Assembly (NCBI GenBank): GCA_963757765.1
Contig: CAVWSL010000015.1
Location: forward strand, 2,360,560 to 2,424,559
Origin: an uncultured Chloroflexia bacterium
Lineage (GTDB): Bacteria; Chloroflexota; Limnocylindria; Limnocylindrales; CSP1-4
DNA length: 64,000 bases
Direction: 5' to 3'
Part shown: one piece after another, positions 18,880 through 27,914 of the stretch
How the letters are laid out: each line of letters opens with the position of its first letter
Numbering within the stretch: position 1 is the first letter of the stretch
Notes under the pieces: generated by a model
What the model saw: only the letters and a program-made list of their open reading frames with translations
Databases searched by the model: none
What the model was told of the DNA's origin: nothing
Translations under genes and position numbers: made by a program

Positions 18880-19692
18880 ATGACGACGGACGGATTCGGC
18901 GCCGCCTGGAGCGCGGGCCTGCAGCGCGCGAGCGATGCAGACCTGGACTCGTGGCTGGCGTTCGCCATGGACGCCTGCGACGCGGCGGATGCCATCTCGC
19001 TTGCCGCGTTCCGGTCCGAGCTGAGGGTGACGCGCAAGGCCGACGGTTCATTCGTGACCGACGCGGACCAGCGCATCGAGGCGCTCATCCGGGAGCGCAT
19101 CGTCGGCCGCTACCCGGACCACGGCATCGTGGGTGAGGAGTACGGCACGTCCGACAAGCCCGGCAGCTGCCGCTGGTTCGTCGACCCCATCGATGGCACC
19201 CACAACTTCATGCGTGGCGTGCCCCTGTTCGGGACCCTCATCGCGGTGGAGTGCGGCGGTGAGCTGCAGGCGGGCGTCGTCAGCGCACCAGCGATCGGTC
19301 GTCGCTGGTGGGCTCGCCGGGGCACCGGGGCGTGGGTCCTCGAGCCCGGCAGCGAGGAGCCTCGGCGCGTCCACGTGTCGGAGGTGGACCGGGTCGAGGA
19401 CGCCCAGATCGTCTACCGCTCCATCCTGGACATGCGCGCGTCGCGCGTCGCTGCCGGCTTCGAGCGACTCCTCGACGGCGTCTGGCGAGAGCGCGGCTTC
19501 GGCGACTTCTGGGGTTACATGCTGGTCGCGGATGGCGCAGCGGAGCTGATGATCGAGCGCGACCTTGGGGCCTGGGACCTCGCGGCGCCCTGGATCGTGG
19601 TCGAGGAGGCGGGCGGCCGGATCGACGAACTTCGACGGTCGGCGGAACGTGTTCGGCACCGAAGGGATGGCCTCCAACGGGCGCCTGCATGA
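18880..19692 (+). CDS. inositol monophosphatase-family protein (IMPase/histidinol-phosphatase HisN-like); apparent 1-nt frameshift near 19624
   Basis: WFVDPIDGTHNF and GAWDLAAPWIVVEEAGG are IMPase motifs. There is an SD (GGGAGGG) before the ATG at 18880. The conserved C-terminal tail (TNFDGRRNVFGTEGMASNGRLHDELLRRLRG*) continues in the +1 frame and ends at 19720. Confidence 0.75.
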   Translation: MTTDGFGAAWSAGLQRASDADLDSWLAFAMDACDAADAISLAAFRSELRVTRKADGSFVTDADQRIEALIRERIVGRYPDHGIVGEEYGTSDKPGSCRWFVDPIDGTHNFMRGVPLFGTLIAVECGGELQAGVVSAPAIGRRWWARRGTGAWVLEPGSEEPRRVHVSEVDRVEDAQIVYRSILDMRASRVAAGFERLLDGVWRERGFGDFWGYMLVADGAAELMIERDLGAWDLAAPWIVVEEAGGRIDELRRSAERVRHRRDGLQRAPA

Positions 19693-19813
19693 CGAGCTGC
19701 TGCGTCGTCTCCGCGGTTGATGGGCAGCGCCCCGAGCGCGACTTGACAAGACGTCGTACAAGTAAGGTCTGACAACTCACGGGAGCTGCTGCTCCCTGCC
19801 CGGAGGAACGCGC

Positions 19814-20539
19814 GTGGGCCGAGCGGCCATCGCGGTGCGGATGGAACTGATGCAGGCGATCACGGACCACTACCGACCCGGGGACCGGCTGCCCTCCGAG
19901 CCGGAGCTGGCTGCCGCCTACCGGGTCAGCCGCTCGACCATCCGCGAGGCGCTCCAGGCGCTCGAGACCGACGGTGTCGTCCGGCGCATCCACGGCCTGG
20001 GCACGTTCGTGAACCAGGTGGCTCCGCGGGTCGCGGGCGCCCTCGATGTGGACCTGGGTGTCACCGAGACCGTCGAAGCTGCCAACCAGCATCTCGGCGT
20101 GCAGGTGCTGCGCGTCGACGAGATCGCCGCTCCCCGGGAGATCGCAGAGCGGCTGTCGCTGCCGCCGGCGGGCCGCGTCCTGCTCATCGAGCGCGTCATC
20201 CTCGCCAATGAGCGCCCGGCTGCGTTGGCCGTGGACGCCATCCCGCAGGCCATCGCCGCGCGTGCCTCGAGTCGCTACGAGGATGGCTCGGTCTACCGGT
20301 TCCTCGAGCACGGCTGCGGGTTGGTGCTGGCGGGAGGTCTGGCCCACGTCAGCGCCGTCCGGTCCGATCGGCGGATGGCACGCCTGCTCGATGTCCGCGA
20401 AGGCGATGCCCTGCTGCGATTGGAGCAGATCGAACGCGCGGCCGATGACGCCGCGGTGCTCTACTCCCTCGAGCACTTCGTGCCCGCCCGGTTCGACCTC
20501 ACCATCCGACGGCCTCGACAGGCAGGAGTGACGCGATGA
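19814..20539 (+). CDS. GntR-family transcriptional regulator (HutC/UTRA subfamily)
   Basis: The HTH is RLPSEPELAAAYRVSRSTIREALQALETDGVVRRIHGLGTFV. There is a GGAGGA SD before the GTG at 19814. Its stop overlaps the start of the next gene. Confidence 0.8.
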   Translation: MGRAAIAVRMELMQAITDHYRPGDRLPSEPELAAAYRVSRSTIREALQALETDGVVRRIHGLGTFVNQVAPRVAGALDVDLGVTETVEAANQHLGVQVLRVDEIAAPREIAERLSLPPAGRVLLIERVILANERPAALAVDAIPQAIAARASSRYEDGSVYRFLEHGCGLVLAGGLAHVSAVRSDRRMARLLDVREGDALLRLEQIERAADDAAVLYSLEHFVPARFDLTIRRPRQAGVTR

Positions 20540-21681
20540 CCGTGGACCGAGCGGTGCCGACCGCAGACGCCGACGATGCGCCGTGGTTCGCGCGCTTCGT
20601 CCAGCCAGGCCTGGCCCAGGCGCGCCCATACGACGCCTCGCACCACGACTACGCGTGGCGGCATCGCGAGCTGCACCGGCTGATGTCCAATGAGTGCCCG
20701 CTGCCTCCGGCCCCCGCGGTCGTGGCGGCGGCGATGGAGGCGCTGATGGAGAGCAACCTCTATCCCAACTCGGCATGGGAGCTCCGGGAGGCGCTGGCGA
20801 GGGTGAACGGGGTGCCGGCGGATTCGATCATCCTCGGCAATGGCTCGACCGAGGTGCTCGATGTCCTCATCCGCTCGATGTTCAGCGCGGGCGACGAGGC
20901 CATCATCCACATCCCGACCTACGCCTACTTCGAGACTCAGGTCCGACTGCATGGCGGCACCCCGCTGCTGGTGCCAATCAAGCCCGACCACTCCTTCGAC
21001 CCCGACGCGCTCATGGCGGCCGTCACGCCCAGGACGAAGGGCATCTTCCTCTGTTCGCCCAACAACCCGACCGGCAACAGCTGGACGGCACCGGACCTCG
21101 AACGGGTGCTCCGCACCGGCCTGCCAGTGGTCGTCGACCAGGCCTACGTCGAGTGTGGCTACTCGCCCTCGTTCGCGCCCCTGGTAGAGCGGTATCCCAA
21201 CCTGGTGGTGGCCAAGACGATGTCCAAGGCGTACGGCCTGGGTGGACTGCGGGTCGGGTACCTCATCACCGATCCGGCGCTCGTCGACCTCCTCCTGCGC
21301 TTGCGCATCCCGTTCAGCATCAGCCTCGTCGCGGCACGCGCCTGCCTCGCGGCCGTGATCGACCCCACCATCCTCGAAGAGCGGCGGGTCTACATCAGCA
21401 CCGAGCGCGATCGCGTGTTCGCAGGCCTGCAGCGGCTGCCGGACGTGACACCCTTCCCGTCCGCGGGCAATTTCATCCTCATGGACGTGTCGCGGACCGG
21501 ACGGACCAGCTCCGAGATCGCCGAGTTCGCCAAGCGCGAGGGGCTGCTCCTGCTGCGAGCCGTGACCGCACACGGGCTCGGCAGCGGCCACCTGCGAGTG
21601 ACCATCGGCACCCGCGAGGAGAACGACATGTTCCTCGCCATCCTGGCCAGGGCCATCGGGGCCACCGAGTCCGTGGCATAG
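20536..21681 (+). CDS. class-II (HisC-like) pyridoxal-phosphate aminotransferase
   Basis: LMSNECPLPP matches the HisC 'SSNENP' motif. LCSPNNPTGNSW and the PLP-lysine region VAKTMSKAYGLGGLRVGY are also present. ATGA overlap with the GntR gene. Confidence 0.8.
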   Translation: MTVDRAVPTADADDAPWFARFVQPGLAQARPYDASHHDYAWRHRELHRLMSNECPLPPAPAVVAAAMEALMESNLYPNSAWELREALARVNGVPADSIILGNGSTEVLDVLIRSMFSAGDEAIIHIPTYAYFETQVRLHGGTPLLVPIKPDHSFDPDALMAAVTPRTKGIFLCSPNNPTGNSWTAPDLERVLRTGLPVVVDQAYVECGYSPSFAPLVERYPNLVVAKTMSKAYGLGGLRVGYLITDPALVDLLLRLRIPFSISLVAARACLAAVIDPTILEERRVYISTERDRVFAGLQRLPDVTPFPSAGNFILMDVSRTGRTSSEIAEFAKREGLLLLRAVTAHGLGSGHLRVTIGTREENDMFLAILARAIGATESVA

Positions 21682-21688
21682 GCATCGG

Positions 21689-23239
21689 GTGGTGACCCCA
21701 GGCGGTGACTGCGTCGTGCTCGCGATCGACGTCGGCACGAGCGGTGTCAAGGCCGTGCTGGCCAGCAGCACGCTTGGCATCGTCGGGTCACGCCAGCGGA
21801 GCTACCCCCTCCACACACCGCGACCGGGTTGGGTCGAGCAGGACCCCCTGGAGATCCGTGCCGCGCTCGTCGCGGCGACGCGCGACCTGCTCGACACCTC
21901 GACATCGGCTACGGCGGACATCGCGGGCATCGTGCTGACCGCGCAGATGTTCAACCTGCAGCCGGTCGATGCCACCGGCGAGCCGGTCGGGCCGATGCTC
22001 AGCTGGCTCGACCAGCGTGCGGCAGGCGAGGCGGCAGGGCTGGCCCTGCGGGTGTCGCCCGATCGCCAGTTCCAGGCAGCCGGGAGCGTGGTCACGGCCA
22101 AGGACATCGTGCCCCGCATCCACTGGCTCCGTCAGCGGGCCCCGGACACGTGGTCCCGTACCAGTTGGCTGCTCGACTGCAAGGAGGCGGTGGTTGCCTG
22201 GATGACGGGGCGCGCCGTCACGGACGCCGCTGGCGCTTCTGCCTATCGACTCACCGACCACCGAGCCACGGGCTGGGACCGTGCGCTGTGCGAGTTGCTC
22301 TCCGTGCCGCCCGATCGACTCCCGGAGGTCGCTCCGGCGACCGCGGTGGCCGGAGGGCTGCTCCCGGGCGCGGCGACGGCCATGGGACTGCCGGCCGGCC
22401 TGCCGGTGTTCGTTGGCACCGGCGATGTGCCCGCGAGCCAGGTCGGATCCGGCGCGATCCGGCCGGGCGACGCGCACCTCAGCCTAGGCACGGCGATCTA
22501 CCTCGGGTTCCATGTCGACGCGCCCCTGGGCGACCCGGCTCACCAGTTGGGCGTCCTGGGTCACGCCGTCCCCGATGCCTGGATCCTGTGGCTGGAGATC
22601 GCGACGGGTGGCGCGGCGCTTACCTGGATCACGCGTGCGCTCGGCGACCCGACCCTGCCCGACGGTGTCGTCGATCATGCCCACATCGAGCGGCTGGTCA
22701 GGTCCGCCGAGGGCGATACGGACGACCTGCTGTTCGCCCCCTGGCTGTCCGGTGAGCGAGTCCCGCTGTTCGACGACGGGGCCCGCGGCGCCTTCGTCGG
22801 ACTCGCCCTGCGGCACGGCCGCGCGCACCTGGTGCGAGCCGTGATGGAGGGCGTCGCCTACCAGATCCGATGGGCATACGAGTACGGCCTGGCGTATGGC
22901 GTGATGCCCGGGTCGGTGCGCGCCGTCGGCGGCGGCGGGCTGGGTGATGCGTGGCTGGGCATCATCGCCGATACGCTCGGTCGACCCATCGAGGTCGTGG
23001 ATGCTCCCCAGGACGCTGCGGCGCTGGGAGCCGCCGCGCTGGCGTTCGTGGGTCTCGAAGCGTGGCCCGCCATCGATGCCGTGGCGACCCAGGTGCGAGT
23101 GGCACGGGTCATCGAGCCCGACGCCGAGCGCGCGTGTCGGCGGGACCAGGGTTTCGCACGCTATCGGACGCTCCATGCGGCCTTGGCACCCATCGTCCGC
23201 GATCTCGTTGCCACGGCGAATGACCGGGCGGACCCGTGA
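21689..23239 (+). CDS. FGGY-family carbohydrate kinase
   Basis: VVLAIDVGTSGVKAVL...EIRAAL...; FGGY N- and C-domains are present. GTG start 8 nt after the preceding stop. Confidence 0.8.
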   Translation: MVTPGGDCVVLAIDVGTSGVKAVLASSTLGIVGSRQRSYPLHTPRPGWVEQDPLEIRAALVAATRDLLDTSTSATADIAGIVLTAQMFNLQPVDATGEPVGPMLSWLDQRAAGEAAGLALRVSPDRQFQAAGSVVTAKDIVPRIHWLRQRAPDTWSRTSWLLDCKEAVVAWMTGRAVTDAAGASAYRLTDHRATGWDRALCELLSVPPDRLPEVAPATAVAGGLLPGAATAMGLPAGLPVFVGTGDVPASQVGSGAIRPGDAHLSLGTAIYLGFHVDAPLGDPAHQLGVLGHAVPDAWILWLEIATGGAALTWITRALGDPTLPDGVVDHAHIERLVRSAEGDTDDLLFAPWLSGERVPLFDDGARGAFVGLALRHGRAHLVRAVMEGVAYQIRWAYEYGLAYGVMPGSVRAVGGGGLGDAWLGIIADTLGRPIEVVDAPQDAAALGAAALAFVGLEAWPAIDAVATQVRVARVIEPDAERACRRDQGFARYRTLHAALAPIVRDLVATANDRADP

Positions 23240-23916
23240 CGCGGATCGGCGTGGTGTTCGACCTCGATGGGGTGCTCGTCATGTCGGAGCACCTGTGGGA
23301 GGAGGCGTGGCAGGCGTACGCCGCGGCCGCCGGCTACGCCTGGACCACCCAGGACACCCGCCGCTGCCAGGGCATGAGCGTCATGGAATGGGGCACATAC
23401 CTCGCCGACCGCACCACCCACGACATCCCCGGCGCCATCGACGTGGTCATCGGCTCGGTGTCGGATGCGTATGACGCGGGTGAGGTGTCCCTCGTCGCAG
23501 GGGCCCAGGAGTTGGTGGAGGCGGTCGCGGCCCGGGTGCCGGTCGCGCTGGCGTCCTCGGCGCCACGCCGCATCATCGACACGGTCATGGATGCCATGGG
23601 TCTCGGCCGGTGGTTCGTCGCGACCGTATCCAGCTCGGAGGTCGCTGCGGGCAAGCCCAGTCCCGATGTCTATCTCGAGGCCATCCGCCGGCTGGGCATC
23701 GACGCGGACGGGAGCTTCGCGGTCGAGGATTCCAGCAATGGCATCCGGGCGGCGGCGGCGGCCGGTCTCACGGTGCTGGGCGTGCCGCACCCCGCATACC
23801 CGGTCGCAGTGGACGCAGCAGCCGCCACCGACAGCCTCCATGATTTGCTCGCGGGGGTCCGGCGGCGGCTCCTGACCTTGATCGACAGGTCGAGCGCACC
23901 GGAGGTGGTCGGGTGA
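23236..23916 (+). CDS. HAD-superfamily hydrolase (subfamily IA phosphatase / beta-phosphoglucomutase-like)
   Basis: Motif I is FDLDGVL, motif II is LASSAPR, and motif IV is EDSSNGIRAAAAAG. GTGA overlap with the FGGY kinase stop. Confidence 0.75.
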   Translation: MTRIGVVFDLDGVLVMSEHLWEEAWQAYAAAAGYAWTTQDTRRCQGMSVMEWGTYLADRTTHDIPGAIDVVIGSVSDAYDAGEVSLVAGAQELVEAVAARVPVALASSAPRRIIDTVMDAMGLGRWFVATVSSSEVAAGKPSPDVYLEAIRRLGIDADGSFAVEDSSNGIRAAAAAGLTVLGVPHPAYPVAVDAAAATDSLHDLLAGVRRRLLTLIDRSSAPEVVG

Positions 23917-25631
23917 CGTACGTCTACAACGCTGAACGGGGCTTCAAGGACGAGCTGCTCGACGGATTGACCGCCGCCTACGGCCGCTACATCCGTCGGG
24001 TTCCGGGTGCCTCGGCCGTGATGTCGGTCGACGCCCCGACCCCGGGACAGGTGTCGGTCATCATCGGTGGCGGCTCGGGGCACTATCCCGCGTTCGCCGG
24101 GCTCGTTGGCCCAGGCCTCTGCCATGGTGCGGTGGTGGGCGAGGTCTTCACGAGCCCCTCGTCGGCCCAGGCGCTCCGGACCATCCGCGCCCTCGACGGT
24201 GGGGCGGGCGTGCTCATGACCTTCGGCAACTACAGCGGCGATGTGATGCATTTCGGGTTGGCCGCTGAACAGGCACGCGCAAGTGGAATCGACACCCGCA
24301 TCGTGCTCGTCACGGACGACGTGGCAAGCGCGCCCACCGACCGGCGGACGGACCGTCGCGGCATCGCAGGCACCTTCTTCGTCTTCCGCTCCGCGGCGGC
24401 CGCGGCGAGAGCCGGGGCGGACCTCGGCACGGTCGAGCGCATCGCGCGCCTCGCCAACGACCGCACCCGGTCGTTCGGGGTCGCGTTCGCAGGCTGCACG
24501 TTCCCTGGCCGACCGGAGCCGCTGTTCCGGATCGAGCCGGGGACCATCGCACTCGGGCTGGGTATCCACGGGGAGCCTGGCATCGAGACCATCGATTGGC
24601 TCCCGGCCGAACAGCTCGCCGATGTGCTGCTGCAACCGCTGCTCGCCGAGCGTCCTGCCAGCGCGGGACGGGCCGTCGCGCTGCTCAATGGCCTGGGCAG
24701 CACCAAGTACGAGGAGTTGTTCGTCCTCTACCGATCGATCGATCAGTCACTAGCCCGGGCGGGCATCGAAGTCGTCGATCCCGAGGTCGGCGAGTTCGTG
24801 ACCTCGCTGGATATGGCGGGCTGCTCCCTGACGCTGTGCTGGCTCGACGAGGAACTGGAGCCACTGCTCCGGACGCCTGCCGCGGCGCCGGGCTACCGCA
24901 CCGGGGGTGGCATCTGGACCGTCAGGCCGGCGGCCGCGCCGGTCCGCGCTGAAGCTGGGTCCGTGACCACACCCGCAACGCACGCTTCAGCGGCCGCGCG
25001 AGCCGTCATGACAGCCCTCTCGGCAGCCTCGCTCGCGGTGGCTGCTGCGGAAACCGAGCTTGGTCGGCTCGATTCGGTCGCAGGTGATGGCGACCACGGC
25101 GCCGGGATGACACGTGGTATGCAGGCGGCTGCGGTGGCGGCGACCACCGGCGACACCGCGTCCGCAGCGCTCATCGCTGCTGGCACCGCCTTCGCGGACG
25201 CCGCCGGCGGCGCATCCGGGGCGCTCTGGGGCGCCGGGCTGCTGGCCGCCGGTCGGATCCTCGGTGAACGTGCCGGGTCCCCGGACGATGCCTGCCCGGA
25301 CGCGGCCACGATCCGAGCTGCCCTCGTCGAGGCCCGCGATGTGGTCATGCGCATGGGCGGCGCCCGCGTTGGCGACAAGACGCTCGTCGACGTGCTGGTG
25401 CCGTTCGTGGATGCGTTTCGGGGCGAGCCGGGGCTGGCGGCGGCGGCGGCCTGGCGCGATGCCTTGCCGTCGGCCGACGCGGCCGCCGAGGCGACCGCGT
25501 CCCTGGGTGCCCACAAGGGCCGCGCGGCGACCCACGGCGAGCGCAGCATCGGGACCGTGGACCCGGGCGCCAGGTCACTGGCCATCGCGCTCGGCGCGAT
25601 GTGCGTCGCGCTGGGGGCGGCGGCGTCATGA
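23913..25631 (+). CDS. fused DhaK/DhaL-type ATP-dependent dihydroxyacetone (ketose) kinase
   Basis: The DhaK domain shows IIGGGSGHYPAF. The DhaL domain shows AGDGDHGAGMTRG. 572 aa. The start overlaps the HAD gene stop. Confidence 0.85.
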   Translation: MTYVYNAERGFKDELLDGLTAAYGRYIRRVPGASAVMSVDAPTPGQVSVIIGGGSGHYPAFAGLVGPGLCHGAVVGEVFTSPSSAQALRTIRALDGGAGVLMTFGNYSGDVMHFGLAAEQARASGIDTRIVLVTDDVASAPTDRRTDRRGIAGTFFVFRSAAAAARAGADLGTVERIARLANDRTRSFGVAFAGCTFPGRPEPLFRIEPGTIALGLGIHGEPGIETIDWLPAEQLADVLLQPLLAERPASAGRAVALLNGLGSTKYEELFVLYRSIDQSLARAGIEVVDPEVGEFVTSLDMAGCSLTLCWLDEELEPLLRTPAAAPGYRTGGGIWTVRPAAAPVRAEAGSVTTPATHASAAARAVMTALSAASLAVAAAETELGRLDSVAGDGDHGAGMTRGMQAAAVAATTGDTASAALIAAGTAFADAAGGASGALWGAGLLAAGRILGERAGSPDDACPDAATIRAALVEARDVVMRMGGARVGDKTLVDVLVPFVDAFRGEPGLAAAAAWRDALPSADAAAEATASLGAHKGRAATHGERSIGTVDPGARSLAIALGAMCVALGAAAS

Positions 25632-26107
25632 CCGACGGCAGGTACGTCATCGCGGTCGGCGCGGACGGGCTTGGGCGCGCCCTCAAGGACCTGCTCGCGG
25701 ACGAGTTGCGGCACGATCCGCGGGTGCGGGACGTTCGCGACTTCGGGGTCCACGCAGCGGACGACCCGACGGCCTACCCGTCGGTCGGTATCGCGGTCGC
25801 GGAAGCGGTCGCGGGCGGCACGGCCGATCGTGCGCTGCTCGTCTGCGGCACCGGCATCGGCATGGCCATCAGCGCCAACAAGGTGGCAGGCGTGCGCGCC
25901 GCCGTGGCCCACGACCCGTACTCGCTCGAGCGATCCGTGCTCTCCAACGACTGCCAGGTGCTGTGCATGGGCGCCAACATCGTCGCGCCGGTCCTGGCGC
26001 GGACGCTCATCGCCCGTTGGCTCGACTACCGATTCGACCCGGCGTCGGCCTCCGCCGCCAAGGTCGCCATCATCCGCGACTTCGAGGCCACGGGGCGCGA
26101 CACGTAA
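25628..26107 (+). CDS. RpiB/LacA/LacB-family sugar-phosphate isomerase
   Basis: RYVIAVGADGLG...LLVCGTGIGMAISANKVAGVRAAVAHDPYS. ATGA overlap with the DhaK/L kinase stop. Confidence 0.8.
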   Translation: MTDGRYVIAVGADGLGRALKDLLADELRHDPRVRDVRDFGVHAADDPTAYPSVGIAVAEAVAGGTADRALLVCGTGIGMAISANKVAGVRAAVAHDPYSLERSVLSNDCQVLCMGANIVAPVLARTLIARWLDYRFDPASASAAKVAIIRDFEATGRDT

Positions 26108-26263
26108 CGGACCCTTCTGGAGTCCGGCAGGCCCTGTGCTAGGCTCCGCCCGATGAGCGACGCAGCGTCCTTTGGCGCGACGCGCACGCCGGACATGCTG
26201 CTGGGATCCCAACCGCTCCGAACGGTCGTGCTCGAGCCACCCGGTGTCCCCAGCGAGCCCGCG

Positions 26264-27016
26264 ATGGCCGCCGGACCGGTGGTCGAACGGCTGCGCCCGC
26301 CGCTGCTGCCGCCGGAGGCGCAGCGCATCGCGATCCGTATGGACGAGGTGACCAAGGTCTACCCGAACGGCAAGCACGCGGTCGAGGACATCGACCTGGT
26401 CGTGCCCGAGGGTGACTTCGTATTCCTTGTCGGTCCCTCGGGTGCTGGCAAGAGCACGCTCATCAAGCTGCTCGTCCGGGACGAGGAGGCGACCACGGGC
26501 ACCCTGGAGGTCGCCGGCCACGATCTGGGTCACATCCGGCGCGCGGAGATCCCCCGACTCCGGCGCGAGATCGGCATCGTATTCCAGGACTTCCGGCTGT
26601 TGCCGCGCAAGACGGTGCGCGAGAACGTCGCCTTCGCGCTCGAGGTGACCGGCGCGCCCCGGAAGCAGACGCGCACGACGGTCGACCGCCTTCTGGGCCT
26701 CGTCGGTCTGACTGGCCAGGCCGATCAGCGGCCGGGCCAGCTATCGGGTGGCGAGATGCAGCGAGCCGCGATCGCGCGAGCGATGGTCCACGATCCGCAG
26801 CTGGTCATCGCCGACGAGCCGACCGGCAACCTCGACCCGCTCATCAGCTGGGAGATCATCCAGCTGCTGCTGCGCATCAACGAGATGGGCACGACCGTGC
26901 TCATGGCCACCCACAATGCGGAGGTGGTCACCGCCCTCCGCAAGCGGGTCGTGGCGCTCGAGGCCGGCCGCATCGTACGGGACGAGGTCGGTGGCTATCA
27001 CCGGGTCTACACATGA
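26264..27016 (+). CDS. ftsE: cell-division ABC transporter ATP-binding protein FtsE
   Basis: IRMDEVTKVYPNGKHAVEDIDLVVPEGDFVFLVGPSGAGKSTL, LSGGEMQRAAIARA, VIADEPTGNLD. The start is uncertain: the ORF is open from 26153, and the alternative starts are 26264 (ATG) and 26279 (GTG). Confidence 0.8.
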   Translation: MAAGPVVERLRPPLLPPEAQRIAIRMDEVTKVYPNGKHAVEDIDLVVPEGDFVFLVGPSGAGKSTLIKLLVRDEEATTGTLEVAGHDLGHIRRAEIPRLRREIGIVFQDFRLLPRKTVRENVAFALEVTGAPRKQTRTTVDRLLGLVGLTGQADQRPGQLSGGEMQRAAIARAMVHDPQLVIADEPTGNLDPLISWEIIQLLLRINEMGTTVLMATHNAEVVTALRKRVVALEAGRIVRDEVGGYHRVYT

Positions 27017-27909
27017 TCCACCTCGTCTCGTTCTCGATCCGGCAGGCGCTCGAGGGTCTCTGGCGCAACCGCGTGATGAGCCTCGCGGCGACCGTGACGA
27101 TGGTCATGATGCTGGTGCTGCTGTCGAGCCTCGTCATCGTGCTCTCGGGCATGCAGGCGGGCCTTTCCTTCGTGGAATCGAAGGTGGAGGTCCGGGCTGA
27201 GCTGGCCGAAGGCGTAGCGCAAGACCGGGTCGACTCGCTGACCGCGCAGCTTCGGGCCCTGCCCGAGGTCTCCGATGTCATCTTCGTGAGCAAGGAGCAG
27301 GCCCTCCTGGAGTTCACCCAGCAGCGCATCGCGGATGGCCAGCCCAACCTCACCGACTACATCGCGAACCCGTTCCCGAACGCCCTATCGATCAAGCTGC
27401 GCGACCCTCGCCAGTCGGCGCAGGTCATGGGCGTCCTGGATGACCAGCGCGGCCCGGTCGTGGCCAATGTCATCGACAAGCAGTCCGACATCGACAAGCT
27501 GGTGAGCGTCACCGCTACCCTGCGCACCATCGGCGTGGCGGTGCTCGGGCTGGTCGGCCTGACGGTGTTGCTCATCGTCGTGAACTCGATCCGGATGGCG
27601 GTCATGTCGCGCGCCCAGGAGATCGAGATCATGCGCCTGGTGGGCGCCTCGGACCAGTTCGTGCGCTGGCCGTTCATCGTGGAGGGCCTGCTCGTCGGCC
27701 TGCTGGGAGCGATGGTGACGCTGACCCTCCTGCTGCTGGCATCGGGGCCCATCTCGGAGGTCGCCAAGATCATCGCCGGCCAGGTGCCGGTAGGCTTCTC
27801 CCAGTCGCTCACGTTCCAGGTGACATCGATGGTCCTGCTCGCCGGTCTCGGGCTTGGCGGCATCGGTGCCTGGATCTCCGTTCGCACTTACCTCCGCAAC
27901 GCCACCTAG
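27013..27909 (+). CDS. ftsX: cell-division permease-like protein FtsX
   Basis: ATGA overlap with ftsE. N-terminal TM helix, a large extracellular loop and three C-terminal TM helices. Begins MIHLVSFSIRQALEGLWRNRVMSLAA. Confidence 0.8.
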   Translation: MIHLVSFSIRQALEGLWRNRVMSLAATVTMVMMLVLLSSLVIVLSGMQAGLSFVESKVEVRAELAEGVAQDRVDSLTAQLRALPEVSDVIFVSKEQALLEFTQQRIADGQPNLTDYIANPFPNALSIKLRDPRQSAQVMGVLDDQRGPVVANVIDKQSDIDKLVSVTATLRTIGVAVLGLVGLTVLLIVVNSIRMAVMSRAQEIEIMRLVGASDQFVRWPFIVEGLLVGLLGAMVTLTLLLLASGPISEVAKIIAGQVPVGFSQSLTFQVTSMVLLAGLGLGGIGAWISVRTYLRNAT

Positions 27910-27914
27910 CTCGC

